DNA of 62,658 bases, filler included, from Basidiobolus ranarum (GCA_040143965.1; 7 parts of 7 records of this genome joined end to end with filler, not necessarily neighbours in it); one strand, 5' to 3'. Positions 12,876 to 26,952 are shown, numbered from the whole stretch's first letter. The notes: generated from the letters alone by a model not told the origin. A program made the numbers and translations.

Positions 12876-14615
12876 TCAATACGTCATTAAAACGGTCTTT
12901 CGTTTTCCAATTGGATATACTATTAAGGAGCCAAAAAACAAGCCCACTGCTAGACTTAGACATATAGTCACCATTTCAAAGGCCAGGGCCAGACCTTCAG
13001 CAGAATCACTAATTGCTTCAAAAATCCCACGTACTCCTAGCCCTCCTGGAACCAAGATTAACACACCATTCAAAATGGCTGGAAAACCTAACTTGCCGGT
13101 CAGGCGAGAATAAGTATTCCCGGTAAATGCCAACATAAAAGCAGAAACTACTCCAGAAACAGTAGCAGGTACTGCAGGTGAGATAAAGTAATAGGTAGTA
13201 AAACCCACTCCACTAATGCCAATCATAGCTGGCCATTGTCTAGGAGCTGCTTGCATTATCATAGCGAAACTGATTGTGATCATTGGGAAAAGCAGAAAGT
13301 ACCAGTATGGGTTGATTGGGTCACAGACTTGAGCTTCTACTGGCAATTTTCCAAAACCTCGATATATCAGCGCTCCAAAGGACATACCAAATGCCAACAG
13401 AAAGGCAAGAAAAAGGCTGTAAACTAGCCGAACCGTTCCGGATACTATGTTTCTAGCTGCTAGCTCCACAACTGATGAGGCAACACCAAATCCTGGGATG
13501 AGAATCACAACGGCAGATAGCATGACTGGAACGTAGCATATTCGATTGTGCAATGCTGTAGCAATCAGAGAGGTAAGAATTGCTGCAGTTATTTCAAATA
13601 CACTGTTATATGTATATATTTTGCGTGCTAATAGACTCATCATTCCGACAAGAAATCCCAGACCCCCACTGACCACCCCGTCCTCCCATCCTCCACCAAA
13701 AGCTAAAGGACAAATTAGGAAAGAACTCATAGCATAATTAATCACTTCTGCCCAGGGTGGATATAATGGAGCTTCATGAATCAAATCCTCCAATTCAATG
13801 TAAGCCTCCCCAACTGTAAGCTCCCCCGCATTCACTTTCCTAGAGATATTGTAGCATCTATCTAGCTTATCCATATAATAGTCATTAGAGACACGAACAA
13901 TGTGTGTGTCGCTTGTATGTAGATCTGGATCGCCAAACGAGATCAAAATCAGACCAGGCAAGAAGGCATACGAGCTTTCAACTTGTAAGCCAGCAGAAGC
14001 CTGTTCCATGTTATATTCAAGACGGTGAGCGGGCGAACCAAAAGTAGCGTATGATTTAGCAAGAAGAATAAGATAATCTTGTTTCAGTATGATCTCAGCA
14101 ATGTTTGCTGTGATCTTCAACTTTTCTTCCATAGTCATATCCGTATCCTCACTCTCGTCACTTTCATGAACATCCAAACTTCTTCTACTGTCAAGTGGGG
14201 TCCTTAGATTCATGAGACTTCGCATACTGGAGATCGAGCGTCTATACTGACTACCTTTAGGGTAAGATGCTTTGTCGTGACTATGCCGACGATGATAACT
14301 ATTCTCGGGTGCCTTCTTCTTTTTCTGGGGTTTATTAGTGACTGCATTTAATTTAAGTAAATTCGAAAGAATTCCGTTTGTCGGACGCTGATCAGCACCA
14401 GTTGCACTTTGTACGAGATTCATGGCTTCAATGTTGTATTGCCGTAAGTTTCGATCTCTTCTGAGCTCCTCAGGCATTTCCAGTACTACCTCGTCTTCAT
14501 TTGGGCTTTGTGATGCGACTATATCCACATTATCACCACTACTCTGAGCATAGACTTCATCTGTACCTTTGGCTGTTGCCTTCTTATCTCTGCTAGATGT
14601 ACCTTTTTCCCACAT
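12876..14615 (-). CDS. PRM10: Prm10-like / ThrE family (DUF1212) multipass membrane protein
   Basis: Intronless 579 aa ORF with FGSPAHRLE, FLPGLILISFGD, ILIPGFG, ELAARNIVSGTVRL, ILVPGGLG and about ten TM segments. Confidence 0.88.
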   Translation of the reverse strand: MWEKGTSSRDKKATAKGTDEVYAQSSGDNVDIVASQSPNEDEVVLEMPEELRRDRNLRQYNIEAMNLVQSATGADQRPTNGILSNLLKLNAVTNKPQKKKKAPENSYHRRHSHDKASYPKGSQYRRSISSMRSLMNLRTPLDSRRSLDVHESDESEDTDMTMEEKLKITANIAEIILKQDYLILLAKSYATFGSPAHRLEYNMEQASAGLQVESSYAFLPGLILISFGDPDLHTSDTHIVRVSNDYYMDKLDRCYNISRKVNAGELTVGEAYIELEDLIHEAPLYPPWAEVINYAMSSFLICPLAFGGGWEDGVVSGGLGFLVGMMSLLARKIYTYNSVFEITAAILTSLIATALHNRICYVPVMLSAVVILIPGFGVASSVVELAARNIVSGTVRLVYSLFLAFLLAFGMSFGALIYRGFGKLPVEAQVCDPINPYWYFLLFPMITISFAMIMQAAPRQWPAMIGISGVGFTTYYFISPAVPATVSGVVSAFMLAFTGNTYSRLTGKLGFPAILNGVLILVPGGLGVRGIFEAISDSAEGLALAFEMVTICLSLAVGLFFGSLIVYPIGKRKTVLMTY

Positions 14616-15999
14616 GACAGCGATTTAATTATAATATTAAGAGTGACTTCAAAGACAGAAAAATCAGGAAGCGGAGTAAAGTTAAGTGTATTTTAGAGGA
14701 AACGGGGTTAAAGTTCCTTAGGATTTGAGTGATAAAGGGGAAAGTTTAGGTAACGGCCAAACCCCAACTGAAGCAAAAGCTGAGGGTAGACGAAGGTTAA
14801 TTTTTAGAATATTAATGCACAATCACATCTTAGAGGCTCTTTATAAGATCGGCACAGTGGCATATCGTCCAAATCCAACACGAGTTTTCGAAATACACTT
14901 GGAGATGATTATCTGCTACATGGTTTGATAAGATGTCTTTAGGAAGCTTTGTTAACCATGTACACTATTTGGCAAATTGAATATGCAAGCAAGCATCATT
15001 TTCATCATGGATAGTTTGTTTACCAATCGGATCTTTTCGCTGTCACGCTGATTTTGTTCAAGAAATATTTATTGCATATTGGGGGATCATCATTCGTTTC
15101 CGTTCTTATTGACCAAATGCCAGATATGTTAAGTATATTTGTCAGAGTTTGCTCCTTTATCTAGCGTGTCAGCTGTAGCGCCATCAATAATAAAAAGTGC
15201 TGTAGACCAGTCATATAATGCAGTAGAGAAAACCAACATCCATTTCGTTATGCACATGGGTTCTTGGTGGACAATCATTCTGACTACTTGAAGAGCCTAA
15301 GTAGTGCTATATTACAAGTAATCTGCTCGCCCGCACTATTGTTGCTACATTTAACACCAGGCAGTTTATTTAGATATTAACACATTGCTAATGACTTATT
15401 CCAGTTTGACTCTGCTAACTATGCTTTCCTTTATGTAGTGTTAAGAACAGCCGGATCAGGCATGGTACCCACCGTACTATTATCAACAGTATCAAACATC
15501 TATTGAAAGAGAGGTCATCACTACCACACAAGTCCTAGCAATAGCGAAATAATCCCTATATAATCCTGCAGATGTGATAGCATATTGTATATTTCCATAT
15601 CGAATCATAAGGATATTTTATCATGTATTATTGTGAATGATTAAGAGAGTATGTGGGGATTTGAATCAACATACACCATTTTCCGAAATCTGGTTACTGT
15701 GTACATAATGATATCTGCATTCCTAATTAAAACAGAGACAAGTGGGTGGTTGTTTGACCACCAGGTGAACGGGTTAGGAATTGACTGCAAAGTTGTCTAT
15801 TTAACGCAGTTTAAACAATATGTAAAGTTCAGTATTTTGAAATATATTGCGGCCAATAACCAAGAGAAATGCTGATTTGTACCATACCTATACATCCGTA
15901 TTGCAGTTCAATTTCATTCTACTGCTGCTTTGTGCTCAGATCCCAGTTTCTCGAGGTGTTCTCCAACAGATTCCACTGTCATAGAAGCGTTAAGATATA

Positions 16000-17810
16000 T
16001 TCAACCACTATATATGCAAATTTCTATCATATTCTTATGAGGGAACTCCTTACTTTGATTTGAATCTTAGAAAAAAATGGCTGAAATTCTGAGCTTCAAA
16101 ATAGTTGGAGCCATCAATAAATTCAGACTAGATATATCTGGATTGATATAGCTTGCTCTTTTGTTTCCACTGATAGCATGGAACTATTCAAATTTATCCA
16201 TATCTATCAGCTGAAACTTATTTCATAGTTTGTCTTACTACTATGTCCCATATCTAAGCAGCTCTATATATTGGGGCTAGGTATATACCCTATTCAAGTC
16301 CATATTGAAGCTCATCTGAAAGTGTCATCTGCTACAAATATAGCATGCTTCCTTATGTTGAAGTATTTTCAGAGTTATTGGAAGTGATTTGGAGAACTAG
16401 AACAATAGGTGGTTTTCACTTATTGCTTTATTGAGTGGAAAGATGACATTTATGGTTTTGTTGAGGGGTAAGCAAATAGATTAGTGGACTTGTTCTCTGT
16501 GATAGTGCCAGATTGTGCTGTATATATCATATTAGATAAAGTATTCTAAAATTTATGTGGCACAATTTGGCACTATCCAGCACCCTCCAGCATGATCAGT
16601 TTCAATCACATTTACTCTAATATATTGATCCAAGGTCCAATATATCCTGGCACAATGGAACAAGTCTAGTAGAGTGTGCCAAGGAGGGTCTTAGGAGTAA
16701 AAGCACAAAGCTTGCGGTTTCAGGTACAAGTCTGAAAAGTTCATATATCTCAAAATCTATATGTTTGTAAAAATATTAGAGCAAATTGGATTTGAGAATA
16801 ATGGGTGATATCTTAGCAAAATATCAGACAATTAGATACTAAGCTATATATGACACTATGGGTATGCATGCAGTGCAAATTTCCACACATCATACTTGGG
16901 AAAGAGATTGTTAAGCACCAATATCATAATTTTGGAAATCAATTCCATTGTTTCAACAGTAACAAATATATGTATTCAAGCAGGGTTTATTCTAAGGAAT
17001 AGCTCCGCAATCTGACAGCTTGTATGCCAAAAGCTAAGTAGCCAAAGGCTATTCCCAAACACCCAGAATAGATTATTCCAAACCTTTTACCCATGGAGCA
17101 AAGTTCATTTCAAATACATTGATTTTAGCAATTTCAGCTAAATTTCAGCTTATTCTACATCAAATGGAGGTAAAGCAGTTTTTTGAATGGTGAGCATGCT
17201 GAGGAGTTCTATACAGGCCAGCCAGACAGATTTTTGGACCCAGAAAACCCTAAAAAAGCTTGCAGATTCCAGAAAAAACTCAATGGCTGACCGCAAAGTC
17301 CAAGAGCTTAGAGTAGCAAGATAGGTGCATTTTTGGAAACAATCCAATTCCAAAGAATTAATACTGGCTGTAGTATATATTTCCAGCCAGATAGGATAAG
17401 CCCAGTTTTATTAGCTTTGAATATTACTGCCATATCAGAGCAATCAATGAATTTGAGACTTTTGTGAAAACCAAATCCAGCTTATCCACCAAATTCAACA
17501 TGACTGATCTTGGTGAAATGATATACTGCTTTGCAGTCAAAGTGAAGATAGATTGATTTATCAAGCAATAGCTTTAAACAAATCAAATTTTATTCTTGAT
17601 ATGCCAAAAAAGTATGATTGAAAGAATGCAACCCAATATTTACCCCAGTGCAGATAAATCTTAGGCTGACTAACAATGGCTCAAATTGGATATTTCTGGA
17701 TGGAGATAAAAGCCAGAAAATTCCTTTGCTACCTATGGTTAGTAACATGATATATATTATGGTTGGAGTATTGCCAGATATTGCACATTCCAAGGGACTG
17801 GTGTTGTCAC
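16000..17810 (+). mobile_element. Degenerate Ty1/Copia retrotransposon remnant
   Basis: RT remnants KS*VAKGYSQ (~17030), KFNMTDLGEM (~17491), KECNPIFTP and IYIMVGVLPDIAH, with stops and deletions. The region is CpG-depleted. Boundaries are approximate. Confidence 0.8.
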
Positions 17811-17877
17811 AATAAGGTACTGGACAAGGACTGGAAACAACGGCAAGAGGCTAGAAGGCAGGAGAGTACTTGGGTGT

Positions 17878-17977
17878 NNNNNNNNNNNNNNNNNNNNNNN
17901 NNNNNNNNNNNNNNNNNNNNNTTAATTAATTAANNNNNNNNNNNNNNNNNNNNNNNNNNNNNNNNNNNNNNNNNNNN
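17878..17977. other. Artificial contig spacer
   Basis: N44-TTAATTAATTAA-N44. Confidence 0.99.
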
Positions 17978-18109
17978 CATCTCATCCTGGTTTTGGATGA
18001 GGAGCTTGATACGTTCAATGGGGGCAGCAGCAGTCTTGGAGACAGCGGCGGAGACACCACCCATGAGGAAATCAAGAGCGAAGTTCTTTTCGGTTTTTTG
18101 AGCAGACAT
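17978..18109 (-). CDS. AAC: Mitochondrial ADP/ATP carrier, N-terminal 44 codons (truncated by contig end; not in ORF track)
   Basis: Manual translation gives [44 protein letters not shown], the characteristic AAC first helix with the PxExxK carrier motif. Confidence 0.96.
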
Positions 18110-19312
18110 TGTTTATCTGTGTGAAGAAGAGCGAAGGCTGTAGGACTCAAAAAGAATGAGGACGAAGAAACAATCGAAGCGGAGGAGCACTATTTAGCTG
18201 ATAGGAATACTAGGGAATGGCCGGATTCATCCGGATCTGAGCAGGGGCACAGTTCCGATCAAAATGACTTTCACCAAATAGAAAAATTCCTCCAACATCA
18301 AAAAAACTAGTATCGTTGGAGAACATGGCCCCATTTTTTCTGATTAGTTTAAAACCAAGCTAATCAAGGACCCAGAAAATTCTCAATCAATCGAGTACTC
18401 TAAGTACATATATATTGTAGCCACAAATTATCGAGTAACACTATCTTCAGCGCTCTGTTAACTAAGTTTTTGATTTCTGACATTATTCATTCCTTTTGGA
18501 GATTCCTGCCGGGCTATCGTCGTTTGTTATCTTATTTAGGCAGTCCAGCGACTCGATCTAAACACACTTTCAAGGTTGGGGCTGTTTGTGGGGTTTAAAT
18601 ATGCTGTGATATAATGGAGAGGGATTTGAATAGGCCAAGGTTGTACCTATTCTATCCATCCCCAAGAACCTTCAATTGGTACATAATGTCCCAACAGAAT
18701 GTACTTCCATTTGAGTGGTTTGTAAAAAATCATTTGACGAATTAATTCAGCCCTTTCCACCCTAATGTGACGTGCGTGGAATTCGGAATATTTTTATAGA
18801 AAGTATTCTATTTATTATTAGTGCGCTGTATTATGGGTGCGCTATTGCGTTATTGCTTTATCAGCGTCTGTCCTTTTGGGTTGTAACTGGACTGTGTAAC
18901 AGCTCAATCCTTTAGTGAATCGTTTGTATTACTTGATCCTTTGCGTTTAAAACTAGTCAATCCTTACTTAATTTAATTCATGCTCCATGAGATTGTGACT
19001 AAAATTCCCCGAGTCGCTTACAAATTAGATTGTATCCCATTTTCTTCCGCCCACTACATCCTGTTTGTATCGATGGAAAATCCAAGCTAAATAGTGAACT
19101 AAGCTGGTATCTAAGCCCCTAGATTACGTAGACATCACAACAAAATGCGGATTCAATGCAGCATTCGTAATACAGATGATTAGTTGCTTATTTGGTGAGT
19201 ATTTTGAGAATAGGTTGGGTGGATGTTCAAATACAGTCTAGTTTCCCACACCCCTCATTGATTTAGCTCTTTCCTCCCAAGTGTTGTTTGAATTTTTAAT
19301 AACCCACACAAA

Positions 19313-22300
19313 ATGGTAAAGCCCTTTATAAAGAAAATACTTGGATATTACTAGTCCACTCATGGATTCCCTTTCCTTCTTATCAGAGTAATATGTTGGT
19401 TGATAAACCAGAGACAACCATTGACGAAAGTCTTTACTCTAGACAATTGTACGTTGAACTTGCTGGTTTTTTGTTTACCTTTTCTCTTGTTCAACATTTC
19501 TTCACTGTAGATATGTATTAGGTCATGAGGCTATGACAAAAATGAGCAGCGCTAACGTGCTTCTTGTTGGTCTCAAAGGTCTAGGTGTTGAAATTGGTAT
19601 TGAATCGTTTAAAATAACCCAAGATAGTCATTTATATGGAACAGCGTAATTGATTGGGTTATATCCTCCTTTTTTTAGCCAAAAACGTCGTTTTGGCCGG
19701 TGTTAAAAGTGTAACCCTATATGATCCCGAACCAGTGGAAATATCCGACCTTTCGGCCCAATTTTTCCTTACTACCGAAGATATTGGAAAAAGTAGAGCT
19801 GATGCTTGTGTTCACCGACTTGCTGAGCTTAATCAATACGTCCCAGTGAAGGTTCTTGATGGTGACCTTACTACGGATAAACTCAGTCAGTTTAAGGTAC
19901 TTGTTTGAGCCCCCACGAAGTGAAATTTTACTTTTCATCCACTTTAACCATATCCTGCTTAGGTTGTGGTGTTGACAGAAGTTCCTTTGGAGCGTCAACT
20001 CGAAATCAATGATTTTACTCATAAAAACGATATCTGTTGTATTGTTGGTGATATTCGTGGATTGTTTGGGTGGGTGTTGTTGGTGGATTATTTCATGGAT
20101 TTCATGGATGCTAATTGTTGTATTCAATTTCGTAGTATGGCCTTCTGTGATTTTGGTGAAGGATTCATAGTGAATGATGCCACTGGAGAGAATGCTCATA
20201 CTTCCATGATCGCAGCTATTTCCAAAGACGCTGAGGCAGTTGTTACGTGTTTGGATGAATCTAGACATGGTCTTGAGGATGGGGATTATGTTACATTCAC
20301 TGAGATCAAGGGCATGGAAGAGTTGAATGGTTGTGAAGCACAGAAAGTCAAGGTATTGGGACCTTACACCTTCAGTATCGGGGATACCTCTGGATTTAGT
20401 GATTATATTGGTGGTGGTGTATTCACTCAAGTGAAGATGCCCAAAATCTTGAATTTTGTAAGTATCTCTTTATTCACTTGAATTCTTCATCATCATTCAC
20501 TAAATTATAATTCATCATTCACTAAATTATCCTTAGAAATCATTACGTGAATCCATTCAACAATCCGAATTTTTGATCACCGATTTCGCCAAGTTCGATA
20601 GACCTGGTCAACTTCACGTTGCTTTCCAAGCCCTGGATGCTTTCAAATGTAAACACTCTCGACTTCCAAAGCCAAGAGATGAGAATGACGCGAGCGAAGT
20701 TCTCCAAATTGCTAAAGATATCAACAACAAGGCTTCGGAAAAGGTGGAGTTATCAGAGGGCTTTATCAAGGAAGTGTCGTACCAGGCAATGGGATATCTT
20801 TCGCCTATGTCTGCCTTCCTTGGTGGAGTCATTGCACAGGAGGTGTTGAAGGCTTGCAGTGGGAAATTCCATCCTATTTATCAGTATCTCTACTTCGACT
20901 CGTTGGAATCACTCCCCACCAGCACCACACTAAGCGCTGAGGATTGTCAACCCATTGGTTCTCGGTATGATGGTCAAATCGCGGTGTTTGGTCGCCAATT
21001 CCAAGAAAAGATCGCCAATGCTCGTCAATTCCTTGTAGGTGCTGGTGCTATAGGATGTGAAATGCTTAAGAATTGGGCCATGATGGGTTTAGCTACGGGA
21101 CCCAAGGGAGCCATTCATCTGACTGATATGGACACCATCGAAAAGAGTAACTTGAATAGACAATTTCTATTCCGATCCACGGATGTTGGTCAATTAAAAT
21201 CCGAAACTGCTACTCGGGCAATCTTGAAGATGAATCCCGATGTCACCGGAAAGATCCTTTCTCATCAAGACCGTATCGGAGTGGAAACGGAAAATATTTA
21301 TAATGATGGTTTCTTTGAGGATTTGGATGGAGTTACTAACGCTTTGGATAATGTGGAAACACGTAAATACATGGATAGACGTTGCGTTCTGTTCCGGAAA
21401 CCACTCCTGGAATCGGGAACCTTAGGAACCAAGGGTAACACCCAGGTGGTCATTCCCTTCTTGACTGAATCTTACTCCTCATCTCAAGATCCTCCCGAGA
21501 AATCCATTCCAATTTGTACGTTGAAGAACTTCCCCAATGCCATAGAACACACCATTCAGTGGGCCCGTGATCTGTTCGAGGGACTATTCAAACAACAACC
21601 GGAGAACGGTAACCTCTATCTCACTCAACCCAACTACATCGAGCAGCTCCTGAAACAAGGTGGTAACCAGAAGGAGGTACTCGAGGGTATTCAGAGTTGC
21701 TTGGTCAAGGGTAAACCAAGCACATTCCAAGACTGTGTCACTTGGGCTAGACTTCAATTTGAAGAGCATTATCATAATAATATTATGCAGTTGCTTTTCA
21801 ACTTCCCTAAAGACTCGGTCACCTCCACTGGTACTCCCTTCTGGTCTGGACCCAAACGTGCACCCAACGTGATCGATTTCGACGCAGAGAATAAGCTTCA
21901 TATGGACTTCATTGTCGCAGCAGCTAACCTTCGTGCTTTTATATTTGGTTTACCAAGTGAGACTGATCGTCAAGCCATTCACAAGATGGTATCCAACGTG
22001 ATGGTCCCCGAATTTACACCACGCCAGGGAGTCAAGATTCAAGTCAATGAAAATGAGAATGTCGGTCAAAATACGGATGAGGCAGAACTCGAACAAATCG
22101 TCCAATCTTTACCTGACATCAAGACCGTGGGTAATCTCAAATTGAATCCTGTGGACTTTGAAAAGGATGATGATAGCAATTTCCACATTGATTTCATTAC
22201 CGCCACATCGAATCTTCGTGCCACTAATTATAATATCAACCTTGCTGATAGACATAATACCAAATTCATCGCTGGTAAGATCATTCCTGCCATCGCTACT

Positions 22301-22774
22301 ACCACCGCCTTGATCACCGGTCTCGTCTGCTTGGAGTTGTACAAGATCATCGATGGAAAAGAGAAGCTTGAGGACTATAAGAATGGCTTTATCAATTTGG
22401 CACTTCCCTTCTTCGGGTTCTCCGAGCCTATTGCTGCACCCAAGTTCAAATATCATGAGAATGAATTCACCCTTTGGGATCGATTCGATATCAAGGGAGA
22501 CATCACCCTTCAGGAGTTTCTAGACCATTTCAAGCGAGAGCATGACCTTGAAGTCACCATGGTATCTAGCGGTGTATCCATGCTTTACAGCTTCTTCATG
22601 CCAAAGAAGAAGTTGGAGGAGCGTAAAAACATGAAGTTCTCTAAACTTGTAGAGACCGTGTCCAGAAAGGAAATCCCCAGCCATGTTCGTGCCTTGATCG
22701 TGGAGGTTTGCGTGAACGACCGGGATGGTGAAGATGTGGAAGTGCCTTATGTTCGTATTGCCATCAAAGAATAG
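19313..22774 (+). CDS. UBA1: Ubiquitin-activating enzyme E1 (multi-exon)
   Basis: ATG|intron, then [45 protein letters not shown], catalytic PICTLKNFP and a C-terminal UFD (EDVEVPYV). Confidence 0.98.
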
Positions 22775-23151
22775 CCAGCATCTTCCCTAACCCCAGCATC
22801 GGTTGAAATGACTACTCAGTTAGTTAGAATATATATATATGTATGCCAGATATTAAATAAAACCCGCGAATCCAAATTATATATGTAAATGTGTTACGTC
22901 TACGATATTTATTTTCTCTATATTTAAAAAAATGGTGACAAAGTGATATTCCCTATAAAACTAATCGTCTTCAAGGTGCAATATAATAAAAGTATATAAA
23001 ATTTCATGATGAGAGAGTTAATAGTTCAAAGAAGGGGAGGGAGAGGGGTTGAAATTACAGGCCATGTATTTTGAAGAGCGTTAAGAGTGTGGTGATACAA
23101 ATATTGATTAAGATGGTTGGGTGGTTTTACTTGACAATAAGATTTGCATCC

Positions 23152-26100
23152 TTATTGTACAGTTAAAGGTTGACGAATCTCGAAAGAACCGGTACCTCCT
23201 TCAACTACCTTACCCACTACAATTCTAGCACTGGGACTTGCCATTGTGTCATAATCACCATGAACAGTGGCATTGGTCAAGAAGTGGCATGTGGTTTCGA
23301 AACTCATCTTCAGGAATGGACTGACGTTCGACTCAATACCCATTCTGTTGAAAGGCTTGTAACCACCCTCGAAGGTCATATAGTCAGCGATAAGTGACAA
23401 ATGTCTGGGATCAACCTCGATACCATACACTCCGAACACACCACCAATCTCCTTGGTAATTGCGTTACGAGCAGCTTCAACACCATAAGTACGAAGAATA
23501 GCAGCAACGTCATTGGTGTAGATGTTGTTGAGGTCAATGGTCTCGGGGTAGTTCCACATACCGCGAAGATTGACACCATCAGTAGCCAATTGCTTAGAGG
23601 TATCATTCTCTGCCTCGTTGATGAAGGGGAAGCAACGATCAATACCCTTGACTTCGTGGATGACTGTTTCGTGACATATCTTCTCTACAATACCAACCAT
23701 AAGAATCTTCTTGGTATCAGCAGGGAATTGCATCTCAATCTCACAGTACGATCCATTCTTCTCGTCAAACTTGTAGCGCTTAACATAAAGACTACTATCG
23801 ACAATACGTCCAGCACGAGCCTTGTGTTCGGCACTCTCCTGTCCTTCAATATGGTTCTCTAGTTCCTCAGGCTCTGACTCAGAGGATTCAGCGTCAGATT
23901 CAAGTTCCTTGTTCATCTCGGCGATCATGGCCTCATCCTCTTCATCAGGACCATCGTAGGTAGCCTTTTCTTGACGTTTAGAAGCGCGCTTAGCATCATC
24001 TGCATCATTATCACCAACTTCAGAATCTTCATCTTCCTCATCAGAGTCATCATGAACGGCTTTAGCTGGAACCTCAACCTCTTCATTTTCTTGACTGGCC
24101 TTGGGGCGAGAAGTACGTAGGGGTTTGCCGATTTCCTCTTCCTCTTCAGCGTTGGCTGATCCACGGTAAACCTTCTTCAAATCACGAACAATGGCACGCT
24201 CGAGTTTGCTAACGAATGACTTTTCAATAGCATGCTGTACCATGGATGGCTCAAGGTTGTACTCATCGCGGTATTCCTTCTTGGTGAAGAAATTCAAACG
24301 AATCTTATAGGCCTTGACACGTCTACCACCGGAGTGGGTCAACTTAGTCATTTGTTCCTTAACAACGACATCGTCCATAATAGCAGCAAGGGTAAGCTTG
24401 CTGATATCTTGACAGAATCCATGGGCTTCATCATCTGAAATGCGAGAATGAAGAGGTAGAGTCATAGATGGGGTCTTGATATTTGCACTAGCAGTCATAA
24501 CAATTTCACGAAGACGTGGAATACCGAGAGTAACATTCTTAGCACCAAATCCGGCGAAATGGAAAGTATTCAATGTCATCTGAGTAGAAGGTTCACCAAC
24601 ACCCTGTGCAGCAAGAAGACCAACTGCCTCACCTGGATCAGCCAAACTTTGAAGATATTTCAAATGCATTAAGGCCTTGAACTTCTTCTTATTGAGATCA
24701 GGGAAGCGTACATTGGGGTTGTTGGAGTTCTCCTTGGTGACGATCAATTTCTCGGAATTCTGCTCCAAATAATTATCAAGTGAAGTTTGGAATTTCTCAG
24801 AAACTGCTCCCAAATTTCTACTAGGGTTGAATTTGGATAGAACGGGATCGTACTTAGAAGGCTTCTTCAATGCCTTCTTAGAGTAGGAACTGGCTTCCTC
24901 TAACTCAAGGACAGCCAAAGCCTTCTGTGGTTGTTGCTTCTTGATGAAGGCAGCATAATTACTGGCGATAAAGCTAAATTCATTAAGATGCTTCTGTTTG
25001 ATGACATCTAAAGCATCTTCACCATATTGGAATTGAAGGATGGATCCATCCGAGTCACGAACTGTGTGATCATAATGCACACGGAGACCTTCAAGATGCT
25101 TAATCAAACAACGCTGAAGATAACCGGAGTTAGCAGTTTTAACAGCTGTATCAATAAGACCTTCACGACCAGCCATACAATGGAAGAAATATTCTTGAGG
25201 TCTGATACCAGTCAAGAAACGACCAGCAATGAAACCACCAGCTCTAGCACTAGAATCAAAAGGCAAGAAAGAAGGTAGAGTTTTACCGGAAACCATGGTT
25301 GGGACTCTTCTGCCTTCCAACTCCTGTTGTCCGAGTAAGCAAGAAATCTGGGACACGTTAACGTTAGAACCCTTAGCACCAGAAATGGTCATCATTTGCA
25401 TATTATTATCGGGGAATACTCGGAGAAGACCAGCGGGGAGACACTTATTAATGATAGAGGAAGTCAAACCATTCATCTTGGATTTCATAGCAGCATCGAG
25501 ACCGGCCATCTTTTCGTTCGAACGAAGAACCTCTTCCATTCTATGCTTATACTCAGTTTCAACTTGTTCTGAGCTCATATCTTCAAGATTCTTCAATCCA
25601 ACGTAATCTCTGGAAGCATCACGGCCAAAGAATTGACCCTTTTGCAATAGATCACGTCTCCATTGATCACCTTCTTCAGTCAAACGCAAATCGTCCATAC
25701 GACAAGTAAAACCACGCATTTGAACATATTTGGTGAAAAGTCTACCGAAAATACTGAGCAACTTTCCAGCATATGAAGGACCATAGAGTTCGTACACTGA
25801 GTGAACCAAACCAAAAGCAGAAGCACCAAATTGACTCTTATCGAGAACACCGCAAAGTAATTCACCATCCATAACAAGTACATTTTGTTCTTCTGAGCCT
25901 GGACCCCAGTATCTAGCGGGAACCTTTGCCTTCGATTTAACATTGGCCTGTGGAAGTCCCTTGGTAAGATTCTTCAAGATAGTAGAGATGATTTGTTTAC
26001 CGGTCCAAAGAGGCTCTGGCTTCCAGATTGATGGAGGAACAGTGTCGATCTTGCCGTTACCACTTTCATCTTCTTCAGGTCTCAAAGCACCATAAATAAC

Positions 26101-26852
26101 CTGTTGGTACTCTTCTCTTGTGAAGAAGGTGTCCTTGGAGGTCATCCACACACCAACAACAACGTGATCCTGAATCAAACCACGAAGGGGACTACCATTA
26201 GTGGGTACAAGGTACTGAGAATCAGTGTTAGCGATAAGAAGAGCTTCAGCTCTGGCGATTTCATTTTGAGGGAAATGGATGTTCATTTCGTCCCCATCGA
26301 AATCGGCATTGTATGTGTTACAATTAGCGTAGTGCATTCTAATGGTCTTCTCTCCAGGCAACACTCTAGCTCTATGAGCCATAATAGAAGGCTTATGTAA
26401 GGTAGGCTGTCTGTTAAGCAAGAGAAGATCGCCATTCTTGAGATGTCTGAGGACCTTCTTGTTGACACCAGTGATGCGAGGAGTGAACGCACCTCCAGCG
26501 GAGGTATTAGTTGAGGTTTCTTGAGGGGTAAGAAGTTGGTTGGCCAACGCAATTCTGGATTCCAGACTCAAATTACCCAAGGAAGTCAAAGTACCATCCT
26601 CATGCTGAACATGGGAAGCACCAGGCCATTGATCGGGACCATTGATGACAGCACGACGCATTTCCTTGACATTGTAATGAGTAACTGGCTCAGGATAGGT
26701 CAACTTGGACGCAAAGACAGGGGGAATACCAATTTCACTTGTCTCGATATTAGGATCGGGAGAAATAACCGCACGAGCCGAGTAATTCCCACGCTTTCCC
26801 ATCATTTGCTTTCTGAACAACCCGTCCTTCGTTTCAAGAGTTTGACGAAGAC
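23152..26852 (-). CDS. RPA190: RNA polymerase I largest subunit (5'-truncated by contig end)
   Basis: NADFDGDEMN active site, LLNRQPTLH, HCMAGREGLIDTAVKT, TLNTFHFAG, NVTLGIPRLREI and the acidic Pol I expander region. Confidence 0.97.
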
Positions 26853-26952
26853 NNNNNNNNNNNNNNNNNNNNNNNNNNNNNNNNNNNNNNNNNNNNTTAA
26901 TTAATTAANNNNNNNNNNNNNNNNNNNNNNNNNNNNNNNNNNNNNNNNNNNN
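26853..26952. other. Artificial contig spacer
   Basis: N44-TTAATTAATTAA-N44. Confidence 0.99.

Noticed and set aside
26760..26852. Unusual residues in a conserved RPA190 segment (GKRGNYSARA versus typical GKRVNYAARS)
   Set aside because: They cluster in the last ~90 nt of a contig, where base quality is probably poor, so they are not trusted without reads.
9792..26904. Many antisense or overlapping ORFs within MetH, PRM10, UBA1 and RPA190
   Set aside because: Shadow ORFs of long codon-biased coding exons, with no motifs of their own.
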